Of a DNA stretch of 64,000 nt, positions 44,260 to 56,061 are shown one piece after another; within the stretch, counting starts at the first letter, position 1, and each line of letters begins with the position of its first letter. Under the pieces are notes generated by a model. The model made no database searches. It saw only the letters and a list, made by a program, of their open reading frames with translations, and was not told where the DNA came from. This stretch comes from Escherichia coli (GTDB lineage: Bacteria; Pseudomonadota; Gammaproteobacteria; Enterobacterales; Enterobacteriaceae). Location: the NCBI RefSeq assembly GCF_016026235.1, contig NZ_CP065613.1; one strand, 5' to 3'. Made by a program: the position numbers and the translations under genes.

Positions 44260-45066
44260 ATGTCTGTGGTAATTAGTGATGCATGGCGTCAGCGTTTTGG
44301 TGGCACAGCGCGTCTGTATGGTGAAAAAGCGTTGCAACTGTTTGCTGACGCGCATATTTGTGTGGTCGGTATTGGCGGTGTCGGTTCCTGGGCGGCGGAA
44401 GCGCTGGCGCGCACGGGGATTGGCGCAATCACGCTTATCGATATGGATGATGTGTGCGTCACCAATACCAATCGGCAAATTCATGCCCTGCGCGATAACG
44501 TTGGGCTGGCAAAAGCGGAAGTTATGGCGGAGCGTATTCGCCAGATTAACCCGGAGTGCCGTGTAACGGTGGTGGATGATTTCGTGACGCCGGATAACGT
44601 AGCGCAGTATATGAGCGTGGGTTATTCGTACGTGATTGATGCCATTGATAGTGTACGGCCCAAAGCGGCGCTGATTGCTTATTGTCGGCGCAATAAAATC
44701 CCACTGGTCACAACCGGTGGCGCGGGTGGGCAAATTGACCCGACGCAGATTCAGGTTACCGATCTGGCGAAAACGATTCAGGACCCGCTGGCGGCGAAGT
44801 TGCGTGAGCGCCTGAAAAGCGATTTTGGCGTAGTGAAAAACAGTAAAGGTAAGCTCGGCGTGGATTGCGTGTTCTCTACCGAAGCATTGGTGTATCCGCA
44901 GTCAGATGGTACGGTTTGTGCGATGAAAGCCACGGCGGAAGGGCCAAAGCGGATGGATTGTGCATCTGGATTTGGCGCGGCAACGATGGTGACCGCCACC
45001 TTTGGTTTTGTTGCGGTTTCTCATGCGCTGAAGAAGATGATGGCGAAAGCGGCGCGTCAGGGGTAA
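44260..45066 (+). CDS. tcdA: tRNA threonylcarbamoyladenosine dehydratase (E1-like, ThiF/MoeB fold)
   Basis: 268-aa ORF with nucleotide-binding motif VVGIGGVGSWAAEALAR. Confidence 0.9.
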   Translation: MSVVISDAWRQRFGGTARLYGEKALQLFADAHICVVGIGGVGSWAAEALARTGIGAITLIDMDDVCVTNTNRQIHALRDNVGLAKAEVMAERIRQINPECRVTVVDDFVTPDNVAQYMSVGYSYVIDAIDSVRPKAALIAYCRRNKIPLVTTGGAGGQIDPTQIQVTDLAKTIQDPLAAKLRERLKSDFGVVKNSKGKLGVDCVFSTEALVYPQSDGTVCAMKATAEGPKRMDCASGFGAATMVTATFGFVAVSHALKKMMAKAARQG

Positions 45067-45075
45067 ACAATCAGG

Positions 45076-45104
45076 TCGGATGCGACGCAAACGTCTTATC
45101 CGAC
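45076..45104. repeat. REP-like element after tcdA
   Basis: GTCGGATGCGACGCAAACGTCTTATCCGAC palindromic unit. Confidence 0.5.
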
Positions 45105-45116
45105 CCGGTTCTGTGC

Positions 45117-45560
45117 TTAAACCTGCTTCGTCGCAGCGATAATCGCCTCGCTTAACGCATTTAACCCCTGGCTGCGTGAGGCGCTAAGTTGCGCACGCAA
45201 TCCCAGCTCATCAAACAATGCCAGCGGCGACTGTGCCTGCAATTCGGCGGCGGTTTTCCCCTCAACGGCAGTCAACAGCACCGCCAGCAGGCCGCGCACT
45301 ATACGTCCTTCGCTGTCGCCAAAGAAGTGCATTTTACCGTTTTCAGCCACGGTATATCCCAGCCAGACGCGGTTTTCGCATCCGGCAATCTCTTTAGCCT
45401 GCGCTTTTAACTCGTCTGGCAAAGCCGGAAGCTGTTTCCCCAGCATGATCAACTGGCGATATTTATCTTCCCATTGCGTCAACGGTGCGAAGGTATTGCG
45501 TAACGTTTCTGCGGTTACGGTTGTGCCGAACGGATGTCCGGCGAATTGCGGGTTTGTCAT
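45117..45560 (-). CDS. csdE: Sulfur acceptor protein CsdE (SufE-like)
   Basis: 147-aa ORF immediately downstream of csdA on the same strand. Confidence 0.9.
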
Positions 45561-46765
45561 TAATCCACCAATAATTCCAGCGCGCGGTCAACGGCATTCA
45601 CCAGCGCATCCACATCACTCTTTGTATTATATGGCGCAAAAGAGGCGCGCAGTGTGCCGGTTACGCCTAATTCTGCCAGTAGCGGCTGAGCGCAATGTTG
45701 CCCGGCCCGCAAGGCAATACCGTACTCCGCCAGCAGCGTCACCATATCGCTGTGATGAACGCCAGCAAAATCAAAGGCCAGCTGGCTGGAATCCTGACAG
45801 CGGAATGAACGGAAGCCTGGACGTTTCGCCAGCGCATCTTCCGCCAGTGTTGCTAAACTACGGCTCCAGCTTTCGGCCTGGTTGATATCGTAATCTGCCA
45901 GCCATTCCAGCGCCGCGCTTAATCCTATGACACCAGCCACATTTGGCGTTCCTGCTTCCAGTTTCCACGGCGCAGATTGAGTCGTGAATCCGTCAAAACT
46001 CACTTCGTGAATCATTTTGCCGCCACCCAGCCAGGGCGACATCGCTTCCAGCAGTTCTGATTTGCCATACAGCACGCCGATACCCGTCGGGCCATACAGT
46101 TTGTGACCAGAGAAAGCATAGAAATCGATATCCAGTTGCTGAACATCCGCGGGGAAATGCACCGCCCCCTGAGCACCATCAACCATCACCACCATCCCGG
46201 CTGAATGAGCAAAGGTAATCGCTCGCGCCAGATCCGGGCAACCGCCAGTAACGTTCGACATCTGACCCAACGCCAGAATCCGACTACGGGGAGTAATCAG
46301 TTCTGGCAACAAATCGACATCCGGCAGTCGCTGCGCATTAAGCGGCAATTTCACCACTTTGGCTCCAGTTTGTTGGGCAACCATCAGCCAGGGGACGAGG
46401 TTAGCGTGGTGTTCTGCCACGCTGACAATAATCTCATCGCCCGGTTGCAGACGCGGACGCGCATAGCATTGTGCCACCATGTTGATGGATTCAGTGGTGC
46501 CGCGCGTCCAGACGATAGTTTTATCATCCGGTGCATTCAGTAATTGCGCCACTTTCTCTCGTGCAGCTTCATAACGCGCGGTCAGGCGTTGGGCTTCGGC
46601 AAACTGGCTGCGATGGACGTTTCCGGCGCTCAGGCTGTAAAACTGTCGAGTGGCTTCAACCACGGCTTCAGGTTTAAGCGCGGTCGCGGCGCTATCGAGA
46701 TAGACGCCCGCATCCTGTAGTGCGGGAAACTGGGCGCGAAACTGCGCGGGATTAAAAACGTTCAT
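45560..46765 (-). CDS. csdA: Cysteine desulfurase CsdA (class-V aminotransferase)
   Basis: 401-aa protein from the ATG at 46765 ([32 protein letters not shown]...); PLP-lysine context [10 protein letters not shown]. Confidence 0.9.
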
Positions 46766-46953
46766 GGTACTCCTCGGCTTGATGCACCGATCGTGACGCA
46801 AAATTCACTTTGATACAAGGAGAGTGCTAACCATCAGAATTATCTGGATATCCTGGCGAAGCCGCGTAAGTAACATATGCTGAATAGTGTTAGGCGTTAA
46901 TTTTAGCCTGTTAATCAATACTATTAAGATTTATTAATCGCTTTAAGGAGAAG

Positions 46954-47184
46954 ATGATGAAAAAGACTGCCGCAATTATTTCTGCCTGTATGCTGACTTT
47001 TGCCCTGAGCGCCTGTTCCGGTTCGAACTATGTGATGCACACCAATGACGGACGTACCATCGTCTCTGACGGCAAACCACAGACTGATAACGATACCGGT
47101 ATGATTTCGTATAAAGACGCTAATGGCAACAAACAGCAGATCAACCGTACTGACGTGAAAGAGATGGTCGAACTGGATCAGTAA
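46954..47184 (+). CDS. ygdI: Small DUF903-type lipoprotein YgdI
   Basis: 75/76-aa [26 protein letters not shown]; paralogue of ygdR. Confidence 0.85.
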   Translation: MMKKTAAIISACMLTFALSACSGSNYVMHTNDGRTIVSDGKPQTDNDTGMISYKDANGNKQQINRTDVKEMVELDQ

Positions 47185-47200
47185 TTCGCGATCGCAAGGT

Positions 47201-47406
47201 AAAAAAAAGCACCGCAATTAGGCGGTGCTACATTAATCACTATGGACAGACAGGGTAAATGTACAGGAAGTGAAAAAAGGTAGCTTTGCTACCATGGTCT
47301 GAATCGCAGACCAATTGCAAACACAACAACACAACATCACAACCGTAAGCCAAAAGTTCACCAGAACACGCATTCCGATAAAACTTTTCGTTCCGGCTCA
47401 GGAAGT
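47201..47406 (-). ncRNA. gcvB: GcvB small RNA
   Basis: Minus-strand sequence begins ACTTCCTGAGCCGGAACGAAAAG..., contains the G/U-rich stretch GTTGTGATGTTGTGTTGTTGTGTTTG and ends in the hairpin AGCACCGCCTAATTGCGGTGCT plus a T-run; divergent from gcvA. Confidence 0.85.
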
Positions 47407-47534
47407 GCCGCCACTATAGGTATTTGCTGGTAGAAGCTCAACGGACAATTTATAATGGCTCAGATTAAAAAAACTAATAGGTTACACAGTGTAATCTAAT
47501 TGTTAAATTCATTTAACATCAAAGTTTAAAAGCC

Positions 47535-48452
47535 ATGTCTAAACGATTACCACCGCTAAATGCCTTACGAGTTTTTGATGCCGCAGCACGCCATTTAAGT
47601 TTCACTCGCGCAGCAGAAGAGCTTTTTGTGACCCAGGCCGCAGTAAGTCATCAAATCAAGTCTCTTGAGGATTTTTTTGGGCTAAAACTGTTCCGCCGCC
47701 GTAATCGTTCACTCCTGCTGACCGAGGAAGGGCAAAGCTATTTCCTCGATATCAAAGAGATATTTTCGCAATTAACCGAAGCGACGCGTAAACTCCAGGC
47801 CCGTAGCGCCAAGGGGGCGTTGACGGTCAGTTTACTCCCCAGTTTCGCCATTCATTGGTTGGTTCCGCGACTTTCCAGCTTTAATTCAGCTTATCCGGGA
47901 ATTGACGTTCGAATCCAGGCGGTTGATCGTCAGGAAGATAAGCTGGCGGATGATGTTGATGTGGCGATATTTTATGGTCGGGGCAACTGGCCGGGGCTAC
48001 GGGTGGAAAAACTGTACGCCGAATATTTATTGCCGGTGTGTTCGCCGCTACTGCTGACAGGCGAAAAACCCTTGAAGACCCCGGAAGATCTGGCTAAACA
48101 TACGTTATTACATGATGCGTCACGCCGTGACTGGCAGACATATACCCGACAGTTGGGGTTAAATCATATCAACGTTCAGCAAGGGCCAATTTTTAGTCAT
48201 AGCGCCATGGTGCTGCAAGCGGCTATTCACGGGCAGGGAGTGGCGCTGGCAAATAACGTGATGGCGCAATCTGAAATCGAGGCCGGACGTCTTGTTTGCC
48301 CGTTTAATGATGTTCTGGTCAGTAAAAACGCTTTTTATCTGGTTTGTCATGACAGCCAGGCAGAACTGGGTAAAATAGCCGCCTTTCGCCAATGGATCCT
48401 GGCGAAAGCCGCTGCTGAACAAGAAAAATTCCGCTTTCGTTATGAACAATAA
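47535..48452 (+). CDS. gcvA: Glycine cleavage system transcriptional activator (LysR family)
   Basis: 305-aa ORF with N-terminal HTH (LNALRVFDAAARHLSFTRAAEELFVTQAAVSHQIK). Confidence 0.95.
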   Translation: MSKRLPPLNALRVFDAAARHLSFTRAAEELFVTQAAVSHQIKSLEDFFGLKLFRRRNRSLLLTEEGQSYFLDIKEIFSQLTEATRKLQARSAKGALTVSLLPSFAIHWLVPRLSSFNSAYPGIDVRIQAVDRQEDKLADDVDVAIFYGRGNWPGLRVEKLYAEYLLPVCSPLLLTGEKPLKTPEDLAKHTLLHDASRRDWQTYTRQLGLNHINVQQGPIFSHSAMVLQAAIHGQGVALANNVMAQSEIEAGRLVCPFNDVLVSKNAFYLVCHDSQAELGKIAAFRQWILAKAAAEQEKFRFRYEQ

Positions 48453-48470
48453 TTTACGTAGGGTACGACC

Positions 48471-48866
48471 ATGACCAGCCGTTTTATGCTGATTTTCGCC
48501 GCCATTAGCGGCTTCATTTTTGTGGCTCTGGGCGCTTTTGGCGCGCATGTGTTAAGTAAAACCATGGGGGCCGTTGAGATGGGCTGGATCCAGACCGGCC
48601 TCGAATACCAGGCGTTTCATACGCTGGCGATCTTAGGTCTGGCGGTGGCAATGCAGCGTCGCATCAGTATCTGGTTTTACTGGAGTAGCGTTTTCCTCGC
48701 GTTAGGCACGGTGTTGTTCAGCGGCAGCCTTTATTGCCTGGCGCTGTCCCATCTGCGTTTGTGGGCGTTTGTCACTCCGGTTGGCGGCGTGAGCTTCCTC
48801 GCGGGCTGGGCGTTAATGTTAGTTGGTGCTATCCGTTTAAAGCGCAAGGGCGTAAGTCATGAATAA
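48471..48866 (+). CDS. ygdD: DUF423 inner membrane protein YgdD
   Basis: 131-aa hydrophobic ORF; overlaps the rlmM start by 8 bp. Confidence 0.85.
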
Positions 48867-49959
48867 GGTTGTATTGCTGTGCCGTCCGGGCTTTGAAAAA
48901 GAGTGCGCCGCAGAAATTACCGATAAAGCCGGCCAGCGGGAAATTTTCGGTTTTGCCCGCGTGAAAGAGAATGCGGGTTATGTCATTTATGAATGTTATC
49001 AACCTGATGATGGCGATAAGTTAATCCGTGAGCTGCCGTTCAGTTCATTAATTTTTGCCCGCCAGTGGTTTGTGGTGGGGGAACTCCTGCAGCATTTGCC
49101 GCCAGAAGATCGTATTACCCCCATTGTCGGCATGTTACAGGGCGTAGTAGAGAAGGGCGGTGAACTGCGTGTTGAAGTTGCCGATACCAACGAAAGCAAA
49201 GAGTTACTGAAATTCTGCCGTAAATTTACTGTTCCGCTACGCGCTGCCTTGCGCGATGCCGGGGTGCTGGCGAACTATGAAACGCCGAAGCGTCCGGTTG
49301 TGCATGTATTCTTTATTGCACCAGGCTGCTGCTATACCGGTTACTCATACAGCAACAATAATTCGCCGTTCTATATGGGCATTCCGCGCCTGAAATTTCC
49401 GGCAGATGCGCCGAGTCGTTCCACGCTCAAACTGGAAGAGGCATTTCATGTGTTTATTCCTGCGGATGAGTGGGATGAACGCCTGGCGAACGGGATGTGG
49501 GCGGTGGATTTAGGCGCTTGCCCTGGCGGCTGGACCTACCAACTGGTGAAGCGCAACATGTGGGTTTATTCCGTCGACAACGGCCCGATGGCGCAAAGTC
49601 TGATGGATACCGGACAGGTGACGTGGCTGCGGGAAGACGGTTTCAAATTCCGTCCGACGCGCAGCAATATCTCCTGGATGGTATGCGATATGGTTGAAAA
49701 ACCGGCGAAAGTTGCGGCATTGATGGCGCAGTGGCTGGTTAATGGCTGGTGCCGTGAAACCATTTTCAACCTCAAACTGCCGATGAAAAAACGCTACGAA
49801 GAAGTGTCACACAATCTGGCGTATATTCAGGCACAGCTTGATGAACATGGCATAAATGCTCAGATTCAGGCGCGGCAGTTGTATCACGATCGCGAAGAAG
49901 TGACGGTGCACGTCCGCCGCATCTGGGCTGCGGTGGGTGGTCGTCGCGACGAGCGATAA
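48859..49959 (+). CDS. rlmM: 23S rRNA (cytidine2498-2'-O)-methyltransferase
   Basis: 366-aa ORF with a Rossmann-like SAM-binding segment ([11 protein letters not shown]). Confidence 0.9.
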
Positions 49960-49966
49960 CAGGCAA

Positions 49967-49989
49967 GGCCGGGGCGTCGTCTCCGGCCT
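49967..49989. terminator. Hairpin between convergent rlmM and fucR
   Basis: Inverted repeat GGCCGGGGCGTCGTCTCCGGCC. Confidence 0.45.
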
Positions 49990-50002
49990 GCTACCCTTTC
50001 CG

Positions 50003-50734
50003 TCAGGCTGTTACCAAAGAAGTTGCAACCTGGCGCTCATCAGAAATAATGTGCGTTACCTCATCCAGATGCCCGATGCGGGCTTCCCCTGAACGATTAA
50101 ATTTACTTTTATCAATCAATAACAACGATTGCGCGGCACGTTTTAATAGCATCGATTTGTAATCAGCGTTGATCGCATTGGAGTCCCACAGTGCGCCGCT
50201 GCTATCGATCCCTTCACAAGAAAAAATAAACAGATCGATTTCCAGCGATTTAAGTTGGGAAATCAGCGAGGGATTGACGTAACAGCCATATTTGCGCTCA
50301 AGTGTGCCGCCGGAACTGATCAGTTGAATGCGTTCGCGTTTACCGAGTTCATGGCAAATCGGATGGCTATTGGTGAAGACCTGAATGTTGATGTCAGGCA
50401 ACTGGCGTGCCAGATACCAGCAAGTTGAACTGGCGTCTAAGGCTATCACCATCCCTTCTTCAATCCACGCGAGCGCCTCGCGCGCGATATCTGCTTTATG
50501 CGCATAATGGCTTTTCAGCCTGATGTGAAAGGGAGCGCCACTGTCTTGATTTTGACGGTGGATATATTTAGCGCGTCCATGATTGCGCAGAATTTTACCC
50601 TGCGTCTGTAATTCATTGAGATCGCGACGAATGGTTTCTTTACTGACCTTTAGCTGTTCAGAGAGAGCTTCCGTGGTCAGGCTGGTATGGTTCAGCAGCA
50701 GGTCGACTATCGCTTGCTGGCGTGCCGCTTTCAT
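50003..50734 (-). CDS. fucR: L-fucose operon activator (DeoR family)
   Basis: 243-aa protein from the ATG at 50734 (MKAARQQAIVDLLLNHTSLTTEALSEQLKVSKETIRRDL), HTH plus DeoR C-terminal domain. Confidence 0.9.
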   Translation of the reverse strand: MKAARQQAIVDLLLNHTSLTTEALSEQLKVSKETIRRDLNELQTQGKILRNHGRAKYIHRQNQDSGAPFHIRLKSHYAHKADIAREALAWIEEGMVIALDASSTCWYLARQLPDINIQVFTNSHPICHELGKRERIQLISSGGTLERKYGCYVNPSLISQLKSLEIDLFIFSCEGIDSSGALWDSNAINADYKSMLLKRAAQSLLLIDKSKFNRSGEARIGHLDEVTHIISDERQVATSLVTA

Positions 50735-50791
50735 ATTTTTCACCCCATCATTCGATAACCGCCCGCGTCATGCGGGCGTACCGGTATGAGA

Positions 50792-51214
50792 TTACGGTGT
50801 TACCCCTTTTTTTAAAAGAATATTCCCGTACTTCGCTCGTTCGCCTGTGATAACGATCGCAAAGGCTTTTTGCGCCCGTTCATAAAACGCAAAACGATTG
50901 ATGCGGATGATGTCAGGACACGGGGCTTGTAGTGAAAGCGCATTACGGTAACGTCGTTCTACTTCAGGATCGAGAGTGTCACCTTCTACCGCCGCCATCA
51001 TCACCAGCGGCGGTGCATAACTGTCCAGTTCAAATAACGGGATAATCGCCTGGAGCAAGTCGCTCACCAACAGGCCATCAGCGCGGATCACCTGCGGTCC
51101 CATCGAATGGGCGGGAAAGTGAGCATCGGAAAAAATAATTTCATCTCCATGTCCCATCTCTGCCAGCACTTTCAATAGTTCGGGAGAAATTAACGGCGAA
51201 ATTGTTTTCAGCAT
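50792..51214 (-). CDS. fucU: L-fucose mutarotase
   Basis: 140-aa ORF (RbsD/FucU family), immediately downstream of fucK. Confidence 0.9.
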
Positions 51215-51215
51215 T

Positions 51216-52664
51216 TCACACTTCCTCTATAAATTCAGGTTCAGTTTGCGGGTAGAAATAACGGTACTGATAATGAATCTGTGCGCGGGCTTCTTCCGGG
51301 CTGTTAAATTCCCCTACGCCATACCAACCGAACAGCGCAGCTCCTGCGACGGTCGTTTCGGCGTCGTCGAGAACTTTTACCGGAATATCAAGCATATTGG
51401 CTTTAATCTGATTCCACAATGTGTTGCGACTTCCTCCACCGACTAACAATAATTCAGAGGCCTTAAAGTGCCCGATTTTTTCCAGCATCTGTAGATTGCG
51501 CTGTAATTGCGCAGTTAACCCTTCCAGCGCCGCGCGATAGAAATGCCCCCGCGTGGTATTAAGCGTCACTCCTTGCCAGCCAGCGTTCTGACACGACAAT
51601 AAATCACACTGCATTTTTACGCCATCCGCGCCAGGCGCGATCAGACGAGCTTCTTCAATCAACATTTGCCAGGGTGTTTCAGCCGTCCAGAACAGTTTTC
51701 TCACCCATTCCAGCACGCCGGATGCCAGCCATTGCATACCTGGGTTATACAACCCTGCCTGGCTATCCAGTTCGCAGGTGGAACCGGCGTACTGACTTAA
51801 CAGCGAAGTATCAACCTGGGCGCTACGGACCATTAAAATTTCCCATGTACCGGAAGAGAGCACGGGTTCATTTTGGTCGGCACCAGCGCCAAAAAGGGCG
51901 AACTGGGTATCGTGACCTGCGGAAATCACCGGTATGCCAACGGGTAAGCCGAGCATTGCTGCGGCGCTGTTCTGTAGCGTACCAATCTGTTCACCCGCTT
52001 CCACCAGACGAGGGAAGAGTCGGCGTGGAATACCGGTGGCTTGTAAAATTTGCGGACTGAAATCGCGTTGCTGGATATCCAGCATCTGGCTGGTTCCGGC
52101 CATCGTGATATCAGTAGTGAATTCGCCGGTTAAACGGTGGTTAATCAGCGACGAAATAAAGAGCCAGGCGTGCGCGCGTTCCAGCAGTTGTGGATGATTT
52201 TCTTTCAACCACACCAACTTATATAACGTATTGAAACTAAAGGCTCCGACGCCAGAAATAGCCTGCAACCGCTGTGCGGAGATCAACTGTTCAATATTGT
52301 CCATAACCGCTGCTGTTCGCGGACATTTCCAGCTAATGATCGGATAGAGCAGATTGCCTTGCTTATCTACCAGAGCGCCATCCACACCAAAGGTGGTGAC
52401 GGCGATACCGCGGATGTGGCATTCAGTCAGTTCACTATTGATTTGCCGACAGCAATCAGCAAAGCGTTGCAAAATGGCGTCTAAAGACCACTGGTGCCAG
52501 GTGTTGTTTTCCATCGCGATATCGCTGGCATTAGGCGTTGAGGCGCGGGCAACAATTTTTCCCTGCCGATTAACCGCGATGGCCCTGACATTGGTCGCGC
52601 CACAGTCGAGTACCAGGATAACTTCTTGTTTCATAATCGCTCCTGCAATATAGCCGGATAACAT
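51216..52664 (-). CDS. fucK: L-fuculokinase
   Basis: FGGY-family kinase ORF. The longest form is 482 aa; an internal ATG at 52634 has a strong AGGAG Shine-Dalgarno (472-aa form, [17 protein letters not shown]...) and may be the true start. Confidence 0.9.
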
Positions 52665-52742
52665 TGCTTATCCGGCTAACCACTCTTGCTTGTTCAGGCC
52701 CGGTAGCCGGAGCGACCGGGCATCACATCAGGGAGTAATGTA

Positions 52743-54518
52743 TTAACGCTTGTACAACGGACCGTAGTTCTGGCAAGCGCGGTAATCCTGGCCTTCAATA
52801 TCCATGCCGTGCGCAGCCCAGGCAGAAGGACGATACACTTTGGTCTCTTCAACGTTGTGCATACATACCGGGATACGCAGCATGGAGGCGAGAGTGATAA
52901 AGTCAGCGCCAACGTGGCCGATGGTCAGAACCCCATGGTTAGCGCCCCAGTTCGCCATTACCGAGTACACATCCGTAAACGGCCCTTTACCGGTGAGGCG
53001 CGGTGCAAACCAGGTGGTTGGCCAGGTTGAGTTGGTGCGTTTGTTGAGGATGTCATGCACATCCTTCGGCAATTCCACGCTCCAGCCTTCCGCGATTTGC
53101 AGTACCGGTCCCAGGCCTTTGATGATGTTGACACGAGTCATGGTGAACGGGACGCCGCCTTCGGTAAGGAAGCGGGAAGAGTAACCGCCGCCACGGAAGT
53201 ATTCGTGGATCGCCGGGCACCATTCGGTAGCGGCGAGGCAAGCGTCAGCCTCTTGCTGAGAGATTTCCCAGTGCGGCTTCATCGTCGGGTTACCTTCGCT
53301 GTCGCGTTGTTTACAGGAACCGTCCAGCGCAGCAGAACCTGAGTTGATCAAATGGATGATGCCGTGTTCTGCCAGTCCATCGAGTTTATGCCCCGTTACA
53401 CGCTCAATTGCTTCTGGTGACCAGTAGGTACGCACATCGGCAAATACCTGAGCGGTGCCGGTGAGCTGGTGACCCATTAGCATTGCCACGCCGTTAAGAC
53501 TGTCGTTTTCGGTCGCCACGACAAAGGGTTCGCGCACGCCATTCCAGTCAAATGAACTGTTGAGGATCGCTTCGGCGGTGTCACCATTGGGATATTGATC
53601 GGTCCAGTGACGTTGCCCCTGGAAGCCCGCAGCGATGGCGTTGTAGCCAAGTGATTCTTCCACGCGACCAATATCGGCCAGTTTGCTGTTGCCTTGCATC
53701 ATGTCGCGGATACACATCGCCATCAGTAAACTTTCGCGCAGAACTGCGCGACTTTGCTCGGCATTACGTTGATACTGTTTGTTATTTTCATCTTCGCCAT
53801 AGCGGAAGTTTTTATCAGCCCAGGCCAGTGCCATTTCCAGTTCGGCTTCGTCGTAAATCTTCTGATCGATACGGCGACGCAGTTCGGTCATATCCACCGC
53901 CTGGACTTTCATTCCCAGCCAGGATTCAAAGAAGTTGTGATCAACAATAGAACCGGCGATACCCATCGAAACGCCGCCCAGCGACAGATAGCTTTTACCT
54001 TTCATGCTGGCGACGGCCAAACCGGCGCGGGCAAAGCGCAGCAGTTTTTCTTCAACATCGGCAGGAATCGATGTGTCATCGGCATCCTGAACGTCATGAC
54101 CGTAAATGGAGAATGCTGGGATGCCTTTCTGGCTGTGAGCTGCCAGAGCCGCTGCCAGGTAAACAGCGCCGGGACGTTCAGTGCCGTTAAAGCCCCAAAT
54201 GGCTTTCGGGCGGGTTGGATCCATGTCGATGGTTTCACTGCCATAGCACCAGCAAGGCGTTACCGTAATGGTGAGGCCTACATTCTGACTGCTGAATTTT
54301 TCTTCGCAAGCAGCGGCTTCAGCCATACCCGCGATACAGGTATCGGAAATGACACACTCGACGGCAGCTCCGCAGGCATGGCGCAGTTTCTCGGTCAGCA
54401 GTGCGGCCGTAGCTTTCGCCATATTCATTGTTTGTTCTTCAAGCGACTCACGAACACCCATGCGACGACCGTCAATAACCGGGCGGATACCAATTTTCGG
54501 TAAGCTGATTTTTTTCAT
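52743..54518 (-). CDS. fucI: L-fucose isomerase
   Basis: 591-aa [33 protein letters not shown]... Confidence 0.95.
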   Translation of the reverse strand: MKKISLPKIGIRPVIDGRRMGVRESLEEQTMNMAKATAALLTEKLRHACGAAVECVISDTCIAGMAEAAACEEKFSSQNVGLTITVTPCWCYGSETIDMDPTRPKAIWGFNGTERPGAVYLAAALAAHSQKGIPAFSIYGHDVQDADDTSIPADVEEKLLRFARAGLAVASMKGKSYLSLGGVSMGIAGSIVDHNFFESWLGMKVQAVDMTELRRRIDQKIYDEAELEMALAWADKNFRYGEDENNKQYQRNAEQSRAVLRESLLMAMCIRDMMQGNSKLADIGRVEESLGYNAIAAGFQGQRHWTDQYPNGDTAEAILNSSFDWNGVREPFVVATENDSLNGVAMLMGHQLTGTAQVFADVRTYWSPEAIERVTGHKLDGLAEHGIIHLINSGSAALDGSCKQRDSEGNPTMKPHWEISQQEADACLAATEWCPAIHEYFRGGGYSSRFLTEGGVPFTMTRVNIIKGLGPVLQIAEGWSVELPKDVHDILNKRTNSTWPTTWFAPRLTGKGPFTDVYSVMANWGANHGVLTIGHVGADFITLASMLRIPVCMHNVEETKVYRPSAWAAHGMDIEGQDYRACQNYGPLYKR

Positions 54519-54550
54519 TACAGATTCCTCACTTTATTCGGAAAATATGT

Positions 54551-55867
54551 TCAGTTAGTTGCCGTTTGAGAACGGAAACGGGCAAAGATAAAGATGACCG
54601 CGAAGCAGAGTGCGGGGATCAGTTCAGCAGTGGGGATGTTGCCCGCCGCGTCACTGACAAAACCCATGACCGGAGTGACAATACCGCCGCCAATGATGGT
54701 CATAACGATGAAGGACGAACCGTATTTGGTGTCCTGGCCGAGATTCTTAATGCCCAGCGAGAAGATTGTTGGGTACTGAATCGACATAAAGGCGCTGCAT
54801 AAAGTCAGGGCTATTAAGCCCACATGACCGCCAGCGAAGGCTGAGATCAGGCACAGTGCCATAGCGATTAATGCGTAGGCGGCCAGGACTTTGTGTGGTG
54901 CGAAGCGACTGATGAGCCAGGTACCGGTGAAACGACCAATAAAGAAGCACACCATGGTTCCGGTTAAATAGTTAGCGGCAAAGCCTGCAGTCATACCTGG
55001 AATTTCTTCTACAGCGTAGCGAATCAAATAGCTCCAGCAGGCCGTTTGTGCGCCAACGTAGCAGAATTGCGCTAATACTGCCCAGCGCCAGTGGCGAATA
55101 CGCGCCAGGCGAGAAAGCGATGCGGAGAACGATCCTTGTTTGGCGTCACTGTGATTATCACTCTGCAATGCCGGGAATTTCGTCAGCATGATCAGCAGGG
55201 CGACCAGTAACACGATAGCCACGATGATCATATAAGGTGTCTGTACCGATAATACCAGGCTGTGTTTATACGCACTCAATTGCTCTGGAGACATTTTATC
55301 GAGAACGTCTTGCGATTGATGTGGCACGTTAGACAAAATAAGACTTTGCCCAAAGACAACCGCGATAATTGCGCCAAACGAGTTAAATGTTTGCGCAAGA
55401 TTTAAGCGGAAGTGACCACTGCTTTCCGGCCCTAATACCGTAACAAAAGGGTTTGCGGCAGTTTCCAGACAACCTAATCCGGCTGCAATAATAAATAGGC
55501 CAACTAAAAATAAGGTGTAGTTCATTATTTCTGCAGCGGGCCAGAATAATGCAGCGCCCAAGGCATATAAAAATAATCCGGTAATAATCCCTGCTTTATA
55601 ACTGAGTTTTTTCATCAATATCCCAGCAGGGATTGGGATAATGAAATAACCAAAGTAAAAGGCCGATTGGATCAGGCCAGCCTGGAAATTTGTCAGCGTA
55701 AAAGCCTGCTGGAATTGAGGTAATAAAATGTCGTTAAGGTTATTGGCTACCGCCCAAAGAAAAAACAGTGAGCACAGCAGCGCGAATGGAATAATGTAAC
55801 TTCTGCTTTGCCCTGCATCTTTATCTACCGCACGGTAACTCTGCGTTTGTATTGATGTGTTTCCCAT
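54551..55867 (-). CDS. fucP: L-fucose:H+ symporter (MFS)
   Basis: 438-aa 12-TM ORF; first gene of the fucPIKUR operon. Confidence 0.95.
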   Translation of the reverse strand: MGNTSIQTQSYRAVDKDAGQSRSYIIPFALLCSLFFLWAVANNLNDILLPQFQQAFTLTNFQAGLIQSAFYFGYFIIPIPAGILMKKLSYKAGIITGLFLYALGAALFWPAAEIMNYTLFLVGLFIIAAGLGCLETAANPFVTVLGPESSGHFRLNLAQTFNSFGAIIAVVFGQSLILSNVPHQSQDVLDKMSPEQLSAYKHSLVLSVQTPYMIIVAIVLLVALLIMLTKFPALQSDNHSDAKQGSFSASLSRLARIRHWRWAVLAQFCYVGAQTACWSYLIRYAVEEIPGMTAGFAANYLTGTMVCFFIGRFTGTWLISRFAPHKVLAAYALIAMALCLISAFAGGHVGLIALTLCSAFMSIQYPTIFSLGIKNLGQDTKYGSSFIVMTIIGGGIVTPVMGFVSDAAGNIPTAELIPALCFAVIFIFARFRSQTATN

Positions 55868-56045
55868 AGCATCCTCTTAGGTTCAGAAGCTTAAGCACGT
55901 AATCGGTTATGTTTTCAAAAGTGCAAAACCAGCGAGTTCGGGCTTCATATCAGTGAATATTTGCCTGTCTGAAATGAACTCATGGATTCATTTTCAAATA
56001 AAAAACGCTCTGTAATATGACGGCGGTCACACTTATTAGCTGGAA

Positions 56046-56061
56046 GGTGACTTTATGTGAC
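56046..56061. promoter_or_regulatory. Candidate CRP site in the fucP/fucA divergent control region
   Basis: TGTGACTACCATCACT matches the TGTGA-N6-TCACA pattern with one mismatch. Confidence 0.4.
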
